Below are positions 17,380-26,938 of a DNA stretch of 52,849 nt, piece by piece. Positions within the stretch are counted from its first letter, which is position 1; each line of letters opens with the position of its first letter. The translations under genes were made by a program, and so were the position numbers. The notes under the pieces were generated by a model. That model saw nothing but the letters and a program-made list of their open reading frames with translations. It did not search any database and was not told the origin of the DNA. Origin of the DNA: Actinomycetes bacterium (lineage in GTDB: Bacteria; Actinomycetota; Acidimicrobiia; Spongiisociales; UBA5794); the NCBI GenBank assembly GCA_023336815.1, contig JAMBLJ010000054.1:1-52849 (forward strand), read 5' to 3'.

Positions 17380-18495
17380 GTGGACGCCGATCTCACGTTG
17401 CGGGCGAAAGAGTTCGCATCCCAGGACCCGTTTCCGATGAAAGGGTTCGGACCGGCCGAGTGGTGGGTGGGGAACGCATTCATGACCGCACAGGCATTCC
17501 GAGCCTTGCTTGGCATGCAGATCGTCGGGTATCGGGGACCCGAGACTGGAGTATCAGACAGGTCCTCGTACCTCCTTGTCTCGGACCAGATCCAGTTCAT
17601 CGTGACCGGCGCACAGGATGGTGACCACGAGATCGCGGAGCATGTGAAGTTGCATGGTCCCGGCGTCAAGGATGTTGGATTTCTTGTCCCGGATGCGAAG
17701 GCCGCGTTCGCCATGGCGGTTGATAACGGTGCGCTACCCGAGCGGTCCCCCGAGGTCATCGAGAACGCCGATGGTCGGATGGTCATCGGTGCTATCCATG
17801 CATATGGAGACACAGTTCACTCTCTGATCGAGATCGAGGGTGCCGATCCACGGTTTGAGATCCGTACGGACACCGTCGCGCGATCGGCCGGGCTCCACGC
17901 GATCGATCACGTCGTTGCGAATGTCGAACTCGGCAAGATGAACTACTGGGTTGAGTTCTATGAGCGGATCTTCGCGTTCACGATGCTCAAGCACTTCGAC
18001 GATGACGCGATCTCGACGGAGTACACGGCCCTCATGTCGAAGGTGATGGCCGGCGGCAGTGGCGTGATCAAGCTGCCGATAAACGAGCCAGCTCACGGCA
18101 AGAAGAAGAGCCAGATCGAGGAATACCTCGACTTCTACAAGACGCCGGGTGTACAGCACCTAGCGTTGTCAACGGATGATCTTCAGACGACCATCGCTGA
18201 CATTCACGGTCGTGGCATCGAGACGATTTACGTGCCTAGCGAGTACTACCCGGAAGCCAGGGAACGTCTGTCGGATGTCGAGCTTGACTGGGAGAGGATC
18301 GAGCAGCTCAGCATCCTCGTCGATCAGGATGATGACGGATACCTTCTCCAGACGTTCACGAAGATGCTCCAGGATCGACCCACCGTCTTCTTCGAATTTA
18401 TCGAACGACGTGGAGCAACAGGGTTCGGCATCGGAAACTTCAAGGCGCTGTTCGAATCGATCGAGCGAGAACAGGCGAAACGCGGCAACCTGTAG
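17380..18495 (+). CDS. hppD: 4-hydroxyphenylpyruvate dioxygenase
   Basis: IDHVVANV, KSQIEEYL, GVQHLAL, FFEFIER, GFGIGNFKALFESIEREQ; GTG start after AGGAGAG. Confidence 0.95.
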   Translation: MDADLTLRAKEFASQDPFPMKGFGPAEWWVGNAFMTAQAFRALLGMQIVGYRGPETGVSDRSSYLLVSDQIQFIVTGAQDGDHEIAEHVKLHGPGVKDVGFLVPDAKAAFAMAVDNGALPERSPEVIENADGRMVIGAIHAYGDTVHSLIEIEGADPRFEIRTDTVARSAGLHAIDHVVANVELGKMNYWVEFYERIFAFTMLKHFDDDAISTEYTALMSKVMAGGSGVIKLPINEPAHGKKKSQIEEYLDFYKTPGVQHLALSTDDLQTTIADIHGRGIETIYVPSEYYPEARERLSDVELDWERIEQLSILVDQDDDGYLLQTFTKMLQDRPTVFFEFIERRGATGFGIGNFKALFESIEREQAKRGNL

Positions 18496-18527
18496 CCATA
18501 GTCGGCTGTTAGATGTCAGCCATCTTC

Positions 18528-19373
18528 TCAGTACTTCTCGGGTACGAAGGTTTGTTCGGAGATCGGTGGTCTGATGTAGGCGGTGTCCTGCTGGCGAGGT
18601 GGCAGATCGACGGGCCCCAGCGTCCGATCTTCATACGGGATGACTGAAAGGAGATGGCTGATGCAGTTCAGCCTCGCGCGTTTCTTGTCCTCGGCGTTCA
18701 CCACGTACCACGGAGCCTGCTTGATATCCGTGTGGTCGAACATGATGTCCTTCGCCTTTGAGAACTCAACCCATCTCGCGCGAGATTCGAGGTCCATTGG
18801 AGACAACTTCCAGCGTTTCGTCGTGTCGTCGATTCGGGCCTGGAAGCGACGTTCCTGCTCCTCGTCGCTCACCGAGAACCAGTACTTGATGAGGATGATT
18901 CCGCTGCGGACGAGCATCCGCTCGAACTCAGGGCACGAGCGGAGGAACTCCTTGTACTCCTCTTCGGTGCAGAACCCCATAACGGGTTCGACGAGAGCGC
19001 GGTTGTACCAGGACCGATCGAACAGCACCATCTCGCCCGCTGCTGGCAGGCGATTCACATACCGCTGGAACCACCACTGGGTCTTCTGTCTTTCCGTCGC
19101 TGTTCCGAGGGCTTCAACGCGACAGATCCTCGGGTTCAGTCGTTCCGTTATCCGTTTGATCACACCACCCTTGCCCGCGGCGTCACGTCCTTCGAATACG
19201 ATGACGACTTTGAGCCCCTCATCCTTGACGAAACTTTGGAGCTTGACGAGTTCCGACTGAAGGCGTTCCAGTTCGTCCTCGTAGAAATGCTTCTTGAGCT
19301 TGGGTTTCTTGACGCTCGCCTGCGGTTCGATCGTGTCGAATACGGATTCTGTAGGTGCGTTGCTATCAGGCAT
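18528..19373 (-). CDS. ppk2: Polyphosphate kinase 2
   Basis: FEGRDAAGKGG, FDRSWYNRA, WKLSPMD, DKKRARLN. Confidence 0.95.
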   Translation of the reverse strand: MPDSNAPTESVFDTIEPQASVKKPKLKKHFYEDELERLQSELVKLQSFVKDEGLKVVIVFEGRDAAGKGGVIKRITERLNPRICRVEALGTATERQKTQWWFQRYVNRLPAAGEMVLFDRSWYNRALVEPVMGFCTEEEYKEFLRSCPEFERMLVRSGIILIKYWFSVSDEEQERRFQARIDDTTKRWKLSPMDLESRARWVEFSKAKDIMFDHTDIKQAPWYVVNAEDKKRARLNCISHLLSVIPYEDRTLGPVDLPPRQQDTAYIRPPISEQTFVPEKY

Positions 19374-19504
19374 GCGACACACAGTACTCCCTGGCTGACA
19401 GCTGGTACTTGGAAGATCAACGAACAGGGGCTGATTGGGGATTGCCCATCTTCGACCGGTTAGGCGATTTCACATTCGTGTGGTTGCTCCGCATGACCGT
19501 AGGT

Positions 19505-19681
19505 GTACGAAGTACGAAGTAGGTATGACGTAGTTCGACTCGGAGGGAATATGCAACGAGAAACGATGAGTGACTCCCCGACATTGCGTGCTGCGAAGAC
19601 CAGCGCCTGTCGACCGATCGGGGCTGCATCTGGTTCGCCAGCTCACGCCCCTGGCCGTTGGTACTGCGTACTACGTTCTAC
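19505..19681. repeat. Two oppositely oriented GTACTAC-type heptamer tracts (19505-19537, 19661-19681)
   Basis: Minus strand gaactac gtcatac ctacttc gtacttc; plus strand gtactgc gtactac gttctac. Confidence 0.65.
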
Positions 19682-19741
19682 AAGGCGTTGCTAAGCGCTC
19701 TGTTTCACCTGTCCGAGCGCCTTGTTGGTACCCTTTGCGCT

Positions 19742-20593
19742 ATGTCTGTTCCCATCTCCTTTTTGAGCGACTTCGGCCACACCGACGAGTTCGTTGGTGT
19801 TGTTCACGGTGTGATCGCTCGTATCGCACCAACAGCCAGGGTGATCGATGTCACGCACGGAATCGGGCGAGGAGACGTTCATGGTGGTGCGATGGCATTG
19901 ACCCGTGCGGTGCAGTTCATGCCAGACGGTGTGTTCCTTGCTGTTGTTGATCCAGGTGTCGGCACCGAACGTCAGGCGATCGCTGCGCGGACATCGATTG
20001 GTTATTTTGTGGGTCCGAACAACGGCTTGCTCGCCCCTGCAGTTGCAATGGTCGGAGGCTCCGATCTCATCGTTTCCCTTGAGGACCAGCGATTCCAGCT
20101 CCCCTCGTCGGGAGCGACTTTCCATGGTCGAGACATTTTTGGGCCGGTCGCCGCTGTTCTCGCCACGGGTCAGGCGGAGATCACGGATCTTGGACCCGAG
20201 CTACCGGCGGATGCCGTGACTCCCTTGCTCATTCCCCTGGCCGAGCCGGATGGAAGGGGAGCCATCAAGGCGACCATCTTGTGGATCGACACGTTCGGCA
20301 ACATCCAGTTCAACATCGGCCCAGATGACTTGACCGGTCTTGGTCTGTCAACCGGAGATGATGTCACGGTGGCGTTCGCGATGATGGAGCATCGGATCAC
20401 GTGGGGTGGTGCATATGGCGATGTCGACGAAGGCGAGGCCGTCGTCCACGTGGATTCCCACGGCCAGATCGCGCTCGGTGTCAATGGTGGCCACGCTGCA
20501 GACGATTTCGATGCCAGAGTCGGAGACTCCATGGTCCTTGGGAGACCAGGCGGTGGGAATCGCCTCGAGATCACCGGTGTCGCGACCACCTGA
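19742..20593 (+). CDS. SAM hydroxide adenosyltransferase (DUF62 SAM hydrolase/halogenase family)
   Basis: FLSDFG, IDVTH, VVDPGVGTER, TFHGRDIF, DTFGN. Confidence 0.88.
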   Translation: MSVPISFLSDFGHTDEFVGVVHGVIARIAPTARVIDVTHGIGRGDVHGGAMALTRAVQFMPDGVFLAVVDPGVGTERQAIAARTSIGYFVGPNNGLLAPAVAMVGGSDLIVSLEDQRFQLPSSGATFHGRDIFGPVAAVLATGQAEITDLGPELPADAVTPLLIPLAEPDGRGAIKATILWIDTFGNIQFNIGPDDLTGLGLSTGDDVTVAFAMMEHRITWGGAYGDVDEGEAVVHVDSHGQIALGVNGGHAADDFDARVGDSMVLGRPGGGNRLEITGVATT

Positions 20594-20600
20594 TCGCCCG

Positions 20601-20696
20601 CTACGGGGTGAGCCCGCCCGTGAGCAACTTCGCCACGAATGCGACCACGATGAACGCAAGCAGGATCGCAACGGCGATTGACGTAACGGGGCGCAT
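20601..20696 (-). CDS. 31-aa single-TM small protein (below the ORF-track cutoff)
   Basis: MRPVTSIAVAILLAFIVVAFVAKLLTGGLTP; TAGCTT 7 nt before the ATG. Confidence 0.6.
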   Translation of the reverse strand: MRPVTSIAVAILLAFIVVAFVAKLLTGGLTP

Positions 20697-20712
20697 GAAT
20701 AGGAAGCTAACA

Positions 20713-20757
20713 GCGGAAACGCCCGAGGCGTTCCTTGGGAGTTGCTATGCAAAGTCC
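20713..20757 (-). repeat. Twin-hairpin REP-like dispersed repeat, copy D
   Basis: Reverse complement GGACTTTGCATAGCAACTCCCAAGGAACGCCTCGGGCGTTTCCGC. Confidence 0.75.
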
Positions 20758-20815
20758 GGGGTGACAGTGGAAGAAGCGGTCGGCTGTTGGTATACCGAGT
20801 CCGAACTTTCCGATC

Positions 20816-20857
20816 CGGTAAACGGTAAACGGTAAACGGCTGTCGGCTGTGAGCTGT
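20816..20857. repeat. Heptamer tandem tract
   Basis: cggtaaa x3, cggctgt x2, gagctgt. Confidence 0.8.
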
Positions 20858-20863
20858 CCCGCC

Positions 20864-21094
20864 CTAGCTCTCCCGGAACGGTCTGAGCTTCTCGATGTCG
20901 ATGATGCCCTCGTCGATCACGACACCATTGCGGGACTCGATCACGGGTACCCGGTCGCTGTAGCGCTCCAGGAGCGCAAGGTCGAGGTCTACATCGATGA
21001 GTGTCACGGCGTCATCTCCGTACACGTCTCTTGCACGGGCAATGCCCTTCTCACACAAAGGACAACCCTGGCGTGTGTACACGATGACATCCAT
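20864..21094 (-). CDS. Glutaredoxin-like protein
   Basis: VYTRQGCPLC...RVPVI; start MDVIV, 6 nt after TACCAT. Confidence 0.85.
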   Translation of the reverse strand: MDVIVYTRQGCPLCEKGIARARDVYGDDAVTLIDVDLDLALLERYSDRVPVIESRNGVVIDEGIIDIEKLRPFRES

Positions 21095-21210
21095 GGCGCC
21101 ATGGTAGAAGACAAAGAAGCCGACATCGGACGGAGAACGTTGCCAGCATGTGTAGCTCGACACCGCGTCAGGACAAGCTGTAGCCTCTCTCCGCCACTCT
21201 AGATTCGGAG

Positions 21211-21876
21211 GTGGCGAAAACGATGCACGAAACTGTTGCCGCACCTCCGGTGAAGCCGTCTTGGCGAGGCTGGCAACACGCTGCCATGTTCCCGGTCGCC
21301 CTCGTCGCTGGGCTGGTCCTCGTCGCTACTGCGCCAACCTCGGCGGGTCGTGTCAGTTCGGTCATCTTCGCCTCGACCGCCCTGCTGTTATTTGGAGTGA
21401 GTGCCCTTCTTCACCGTGGCACATGGTCAACGAATGTTGAGGCAGTGCTTCGCCGGTTGGATCACTCGAACATCTATCTGATCATCGCAGGGACGTACAC
21501 ACCGTTTGCCGTGCTTGGGCTGCCGCAGAGTTCGGGAAAACTGTTGCTGTCCATCGTTTGGACTGGTGCGCTCGTTGGCGTCGTGCTCACGGTGTTCTGG
21601 ATCGGCGTACCTCGATGGCTGTCCACATCGCTCTATGTTGTTGTCGGGTGGGTTGTCGTGTTTTTCTTGCCGGCGTTGGTCGATGGAGCAGGCCTGGGAG
21701 TGGTTGCATTGATTGCCATCGGCGGTGTCCTCTACACATTCGGCGCTGTTGTGTATGCCGTCAAGTGGCCGAACCCATCTCAACACACGTTCGGGTTCCA
21801 TGAGGTTTTCCACTTGCTCACCATCGTTGCCTTCGCAGTCCACTACATCGCGGTGTGGGTCGTCGTTCACCAGTAG
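21211..21876 (+). CDS. Hemolysin III / PAQR family membrane protein
   Basis: RRLDHSNIYLIIAGTYTPF, GFHEVFH, 7 TM. Confidence 0.92.
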   Translation: MAKTMHETVAAPPVKPSWRGWQHAAMFPVALVAGLVLVATAPTSAGRVSSVIFASTALLLFGVSALLHRGTWSTNVEAVLRRLDHSNIYLIIAGTYTPFAVLGLPQSSGKLLLSIVWTGALVGVVLTVFWIGVPRWLSTSLYVVVGWVVVFFLPALVDGAGLGVVALIAIGGVLYTFGAVVYAVKWPNPSQHTFGFHEVFHLLTIVAFAVHYIAVWVVVHQ

Positions 21877-21941
21877 GAAAACTGGACGAGCAGCGTGACA
21901 TGTCAGGCGTGATCGCGGGTGGAGCGCGGTCGAGTCGTGAG

Positions 21942-23165
21942 CTACTTCCTCACATTCACCGTGCGTTCGATGGCGTTGTAGATGTGTTCGGACATCCTTG
22001 CCTCGTCGGGATCGAGCAGGTTCGCCATCACCTTGAGCGTCCACTCCATCAACGACTGCGAGCGGAGCCCGACGGTGGTGAGTGAACGCATGACCATCGG
22101 GTTTCCGATGGCCTTGACGAACACACGAGCCACGCGGTGGTAGTCCCCATACGCGTCGTCCAGGGCTGTCACGTAATTTGCCAGTGCATCTTCGTTTCCC
22201 GTGGCCGCATCGGCGAGATGGGTCGCAGCCATTCTTCCCGTCTCATAGGCGTAGTCGATGCCCTCTCCGTTGAATGGATTCACGGCACCGGATGCATCAC
22301 CGACAAGCATCCAGTTGCGGCCGACCTTCGGTCCGACGGAGAGCGACATGGGAAGTTTGCCACCGATCGGTTTGGTGTGCGGTGTCACATCCGTGACCTT
22401 CCAGTGGTCAGGGAGAGAGTGGATGTAGGCATCGAGGATGTGCGATGTGTTGACATCCTTCCACCCTTTGAACGTGGAGACGAGCCCGGCTCCGATGTTG
22501 ATCTCACCATCACCGAGGGGAAATACCCAACCGTACCCTGGCATTGCGTTGCCTTCTTTGTCCCTGATATCGAGTTGGCTCTCAATGAACGGGTCCATTG
22601 AAAGCGGACTTGTGTAGTACGCGCGAACTGCGAGACCGTAGGGGTAATCCTTGCGCCGTGATGCGCCAACGCCGCGACCGAATCGTGAATTCGATCCGTC
22701 TGCGATGACGACGAAGTCGGGGTGAACAGTCCGTTCTTCGTCATCCCTGGAAAGTGTCACGCCAACCACTTTGTCGTCCTCGAGAATAGGCATTGCGGTT
22801 GTGCCTTGTTCCACAGTGGCACCCTCGGTCTCTGCTAGACCGGCGACGATCCCGTCGAGATCCGCCCTGCGCATCGTCGCTCCCCAATTGGGATAGATCG
22901 AATGTTCGGGCCATGGCATTTCGATCTTGAGATCTCCTGCATAGGCTCGGAGGCCGTCCACGCGGTGCAGATCGAGGCTGTCGAAGTCGAAGCCCATGTC
23001 GAGCAGCTGTTTGATAGCTCGGGGAGTCAGCCCGTCGCCGCACGCTTTCTCACGTGGGTAGGTCTTCTTCTCCACGAGGTGAACATCAAGGCCATTACGA
23101 GCAAGCCAGTATGCACATGAGGCACCGCCTGGTCCGCCACCGACGACGAGGATATTTGCTGCCAT
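21942..23165 (-). CDS. Geranylgeranyl reductase family flavoprotein (MenJ-like menaquinone reductase)
   Basis: GGGPGG, PREKACGDGLTPRA, GYGWVFP, GDASGAVNPFNGEGI. Confidence 0.85.
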   Translation of the reverse strand: MAANILVVGGGPGGASCAYWLARNGLDVHLVEKKTYPREKACGDGLTPRAIKQLLDMGFDFDSLDLHRVDGLRAYAGDLKIEMPWPEHSIYPNWGATMRRADLDGIVAGLAETEGATVEQGTTAMPILEDDKVVGVTLSRDDEERTVHPDFVVIADGSNSRFGRGVGASRRKDYPYGLAVRAYYTSPLSMDPFIESQLDIRDKEGNAMPGYGWVFPLGDGEINIGAGLVSTFKGWKDVNTSHILDAYIHSLPDHWKVTDVTPHTKPIGGKLPMSLSVGPKVGRNWMLVGDASGAVNPFNGEGIDYAYETGRMAATHLADAATGNEDALANYVTALDDAYGDYHRVARVFVKAIGNPMVMRSLTTVGLRSQSLMEWTLKVMANLLDPDEARMSEHIYNAIERTVNVRK

Positions 23166-23197
23166 GCCGCGAGGGTACCGGCGAGGCGGGTTGCTGG

Positions 23198-24817
23198 TCA
23201 GCCTTCGTTCGAAGCTTCGACGAGGCCACAGTCGATCTCGGCGTCAACGAGGTCCTGACCACCGAACTGGACACGTTCATAGAGAGACACAGCGGCGAGT
23301 TGTTCCTCTGAGAGAGATGCCGCGAAACCAGGCATCAATCCGACGCCACCCACGGGTTTCTGGTTCTCTCCATAGGTCGGGTCTGGCCATCCGGCTGTTC
23401 CGATGCCTACCCATTCGATCTGTGTTGCGCATTGACCGGCGGGGAAGGTCTCGAGGACCGCTCCTGCCGTGAACGCTGGGCCTACACCACCTGTACCGTC
23501 AGCATTGTGACACGCAACGCACTGTGCGTAGATGGCACCGCCGGAGGCGAAATAGTCAGCGGTCGTCTCCCCGTACGGGCTCCCGTCACAGTTGACGGCC
23601 TCGCCGGTCGCAGGATCGACGAGAAGTTGTCCGCCCGATCCGCAGTCGGGTCCGTTCGGTGAGACGAGGATGTAACCAACGGCGAGCAGTGGGATGAGGA
23701 GGAACGCTGCGAGAAGCCACTTCGGATACCCGCCCTGTGCCGGTGCAGCCTCGTCGGCTTCATCGCCAGTCGGACCCTGAGCTCTATCCGTCGTGGGTTC
23801 GATCACTTCGACGTCATCCCCGGTGTTCGGGTCCGGTTCTTCATCTGACGGTCCAGACGTATCCTCTGTTGCTGGTTCTGGCGCAGATGGGGGTGCTGTC
23901 GAAACGGCTCCCGGATCCACTCCTGCCCACTCCGCAAGTACGGCTTCGACGGATTCACCCGTCTTCTTAGATCGTGCTTCTGCTGAGCGTTGGGCGAGTG
24001 AGGCTGGCATGCCTTTGACTTCCGCGACCTGTGCGAGCAATTCGTCCATGCTCATCGCTCCAACGGCAACAGCTGCAGCGGCCGCTACTGGAGCGGGTGC
24101 GACGGCATCTGGTTCGACTGGCGGTTCAGTGGCCGCTCCTGGGTCCACTCCTGCCCACTCCGCAAGTACGGCTTCGACGGATTCACCGGTCTTCTTGGAT
24201 CGTGCTTCTGCTGAGCGTTGGGCGAGTGAGGCTGGCATGCCTTTGACTTCCGCGACCTGTGTGAGCAGTTCGTCCATGCTCATCGCACCTACGGCGACGG
24301 CGGCAGCAGCCGCAGTGGCGACGGGGGCGGGTGTGGCCTCCTCCGGCTCGGCTGGTGGCTCGTCCTCCTTCACAACGTCTGGTTCCCCGGATGCAACGGG
24401 TGCTGGAGTCCTTGCTGACACGAGTTCATCGAGATCGATACCCGCCCAATCCGCGAGAACTGAGTCGAGGGTCTCTCCGGCATGGGTGGCTCGAGCCTGT
24501 GCTGACGAGAGGATGAGTTTTGGAGGCATGCGCTTTGCCTCGGATGCGAGTTGGACGAGCTCATCTGTGGTTACACCGGTCGGTACCGACGCAGTGGCGA
24601 GAGCGGGTGTGTCAGGTGTAACCGGTGGTTCGGGTTCAGCTACTGGAGCGGTTGTCACTTCAGGCTTGGACGCCGATGTGGACCCTTCGCCAAGCCATTC
24701 CTGGAGAACCTGTTCGATGGTCGAACCCGTCTTGTCGGCTCTGGCCTGTGCAGATCGCTCGACGAGGGACGCTGGCATCCCTCGCATCTCAGCGACCTGT
24801 TGGAGAAGTTCGTCCAT
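23198..24817 (-). CDS. Membrane-anchored monohaem cytochrome c with four N-terminal ~43-aa repeats
   Basis: Four xDELxxxxxExxxMPxxL...ARxxxxGxxxxxVLxxWxG repeats, one TM, CVACH, MPGF. Confidence 0.85.
   Translation of the reverse strand: MDELLQQVAEMRGMPASLVERSAQARADKTGSTIEQVLQEWLGEGSTSASKPEVTTAPVAEPEPPVTPDTPALATASVPTGVTTDELVQLASEAKRMPPKLILSSAQARATHAGETLDSVLADWAGIDLDELVSARTPAPVASGEPDVVKEDEPPAEPEEATPAPVATAAAAAVAVGAMSMDELLTQVAEVKGMPASLAQRSAEARSKKTGESVEAVLAEWAGVDPGAATEPPVEPDAVAPAPVAAAAAVAVGAMSMDELLAQVAEVKGMPASLAQRSAEARSKKTGESVEAVLAEWAGVDPGAVSTAPPSAPEPATEDTSGPSDEEPDPNTGDDVEVIEPTTDRAQGPTGDEADEAAPAQGGYPKWLLAAFLLIPLLAVGYILVSPNGPDCGSGGQLLVDPATGEAVNCDGSPYGETTADYFASGGAIYAQCVACHNADGTGGVGPAFTAGAVLETFPAGQCATQIEWVGIGTAGWPDPTYGENQKPVGGVGLMPGFAASLSEEQLAAVSLYERVQFGGQDLVDAEIDCGLVEASNEG
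23916..24286. repeat. Intragenic near-identical direct repeat, 143 bp, period 228 bp
   Basis: 23916-24058 versus 24144-24286, few substitutions. Confidence 0.9.
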
Positions 24818-24821
24818 TGCG

Positions 24822-26720
24822 CTACCTCAGCGTCTCGATGTAGGTGACAAGTGCGTCGATATCCGAATCCGATAGGTACGAGTACGACGGCATGGTCGAC
24901 CACGAACGTGCGGCCCTGGGATTGATCAGATGTGGCCCGATCGCATCGACGTTGAAACCCTCACGGGAAGCAAGATGCATCAGGTCCGGTCCGAGACGGT
25001 AGGCGCCGAGTAGCACCGGATTCTCATGGGCATAGTCGCCAGCGAGCGATACCGCGCCGAGACCAACGTCGCTCGCAACGGGTCGCACCTGTTGCGTATG
25101 ACACTCGGCGCAGCCCTCGGAAACGTAGAGGTCGCGACCGATCGATGCTGCAGAACCATCGGCGTACGTTCGCTCGGTGTCAGCCAGCAAGGTCGACTCT
25201 GCGTCCGTGCTGTCGACCATCGGAAGAATGGCCGTGAACATTGCGGCGAAGAGCCACACCGCAACGACACCTCTGGTCAATCGTTTCCACGTTGCATATC
25301 GTTGCTTGCCGGAGAACTCGAGGTCATAGGCGGCGTGTCCGTCCGGGACCGCAAGGTCTTCGTCGTTGCGGCTTCCCACGCGAACGAGGAAGATGATCTG
25401 GGCGACCGTGAAGACCGCAATCGATGCAGCCGTGACCCATAGAAATGGGTACACCGTGTCAGCGGTGACCTTCCAAGCCGGACCCCAGTTCGCGAAGTTC
25501 TGGCTTGTAGGACCAGCGGCCCAGGAAAATCCGACGGCGACTCCACCCATGAGGAGTGCTGCGACAGCACCAGTGAGCCCGGTGAGCGACCACGCGAAGT
25601 GGAAGCTCGACCCGGAGGATGACCCTCCGCTGAGCACTCGATGTCCTGCGAATATCGCAAAGGACACGCCACCCAGTACCACGAGCAACTGCAGCGCCCG
25701 TACCCAGGGGGAGAATTGCACGATGCTGCTCGTCGCTGGCCACGTCAGGAGCAGATTCACGGCAGTCGTGGCGACGAAAGCGAGACCGCCTACGGTCGCG
25801 TAGCGCAAGGATGCCTTGTCGCCGACACTCGCAATGCGACCCTTGAGGAGCAGTCCAAGGTCCGTGACGATCACGAGAGTCGGAACGATCGCTCCGATCG
25901 CAAAGGCAATACCGATACTTTCGAACCAGTTCGGTGCCGGTGAGAAGATCAAACGGGTCGCACTCATGAATGACCACACCAGGATCAGTGACCAGAAACC
26001 CAGGGCCGCCAGTGGGCCAGCTTCGGTTGGGTCGGACCCGCTGATGTGTCCGAATACAAAGTACAACAGTCCGACGGCCGCCGTGATCATGAACAGTGTG
26101 AGTCCTGCACTGCCGAACGCCCCAACAACAGCCCCCGATGTACCTGCTGGTGCGGGCAGGATCGCTGCAAGTGCGGTGAGTGTGAGCAGAATCGGTGCAG
26201 CTGTTAGGTACCAGCCAGCTGTACCAAGTCGATCACGGTTGGACCGTGCGGTCGCTGTGATCGACATCGTGGCGAGCAATGCTCCGATGGCAAGAAGCGC
26301 ACGTGACCATATCGGTGCCTCAAGACCGGTGATCCCGCTGTTGAGACCGAACAGGATGCCGGCGGCGCCGCCTGCGCTCGCGATAACAAGGGCGACGAGG
26401 GAGGCCAGAGCGAGGGCGCTCCTCTCAAGGGGGTTGTTCGTGATCTTTGAAAGGGCGAAATAGCTGACTCCGAGAAGCCCGATGACTGCCCAGCCATACG
26501 TGAGAAGTAGACGACTTGCAGGGGCGATTCGACCGTAGCTCGTAAAGGCGTACGTTGACGCAAGATCCGGAAGTGCGATCTGGAACAGGGCCAGTGACGA
26601 TCCGGCGAGACCGGTGACAAGGAGTATCGCAGCCACGACGAGATGTGTACGCGCTGTCCGTGTGCTTGTCTCTTCCACTTCGGCACTCTGTACGTCGTTG
26701 GGTGAAGTTTCAGCCGTCAC
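24822..26720 (-). CDS. cbb3-type oxidase CcoN-like domain (His ligands absent) fused to a CcoO-like cytochrome c
   Basis: About 12 TM following the CcoN motif order; C-terminal GRDLYVSEGCAECHTQQVRP, RLGPDL, STMPSY; AGGAGG RBS. Confidence 0.8.
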   Translation of the reverse strand: MTAETSPNDVQSAEVEETSTRTARTHLVVAAILLVTGLAGSSLALFQIALPDLASTYAFTSYGRIAPASRLLLTYGWAVIGLLGVSYFALSKITNNPLERSALALASLVALVIASAGGAAGILFGLNSGITGLEAPIWSRALLAIGALLATMSITATARSNRDRLGTAGWYLTAAPILLTLTALAAILPAPAGTSGAVVGAFGSAGLTLFMITAAVGLLYFVFGHISGSDPTEAGPLAALGFWSLILVWSFMSATRLIFSPAPNWFESIGIAFAIGAIVPTLVIVTDLGLLLKGRIASVGDKASLRYATVGGLAFVATTAVNLLLTWPATSSIVQFSPWVRALQLLVVLGGVSFAIFAGHRVLSGGSSSGSSFHFAWSLTGLTGAVAALLMGGVAVGFSWAAGPTSQNFANWGPAWKVTADTVYPFLWVTAASIAVFTVAQIIFLVRVGSRNDEDLAVPDGHAAYDLEFSGKQRYATWKRLTRGVVAVWLFAAMFTAILPMVDSTDAESTLLADTERTYADGSAASIGRDLYVSEGCAECHTQQVRPVASDVGLGAVSLAGDYAHENPVLLGAYRLGPDLMHLASREGFNVDAIGPHLINPRAARSWSTMPSYSYLSDSDIDALVTYIETLR

Positions 26721-26938
26721 GAGCCGGCGTCCTCCTGGTGCGGTTGTCTTCCGTCGTCCTGTGCAGGCGGTGAAACTCTAGCCGCGACGTTGGAGTCAGC
26801 AGTCATCTGCGCTGGAGTTTCTGGCGTGTGCGCGAGAATTGTTGCCGAGATGCCGACAAACTGTCGCGACTCCGACTTGAATAATCGGAGACAACGTACA
26901 CGGCGTACAATGCACGCCCAACATGCAAGGGAAGATTC

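Noticed and set aside
19551-19694. 47-aa ORF after GGAGGG
   Set aside because: Composition is not protein-like and it runs through a heptamer tract.
19742-20593. Fluorinase/chlorinase
   Set aside because: TFHGRD with the Asp/Arg of DPGVGTER fits the DUF62 SAM-hydrolase type.
23793-24875. 360-aa plus-strand repeat ORF and similar long antisense ORFs
   Set aside because: Antisense shadows of real genes in GC-rich DNA.
24822-26720. Pseudogene or functional ccoN call
   Set aside because: The frame, RBS, TM pattern and haem-c domain are intact, so it is not a pseudogene; the ligands are absent, so ccoN was not assigned.
26877-26911. Full sigma70 promoter for the bc operon
   Set aside because: A good TACAAT is present, but the TTGAAT lies about 23 nt away, so the pair was not called.
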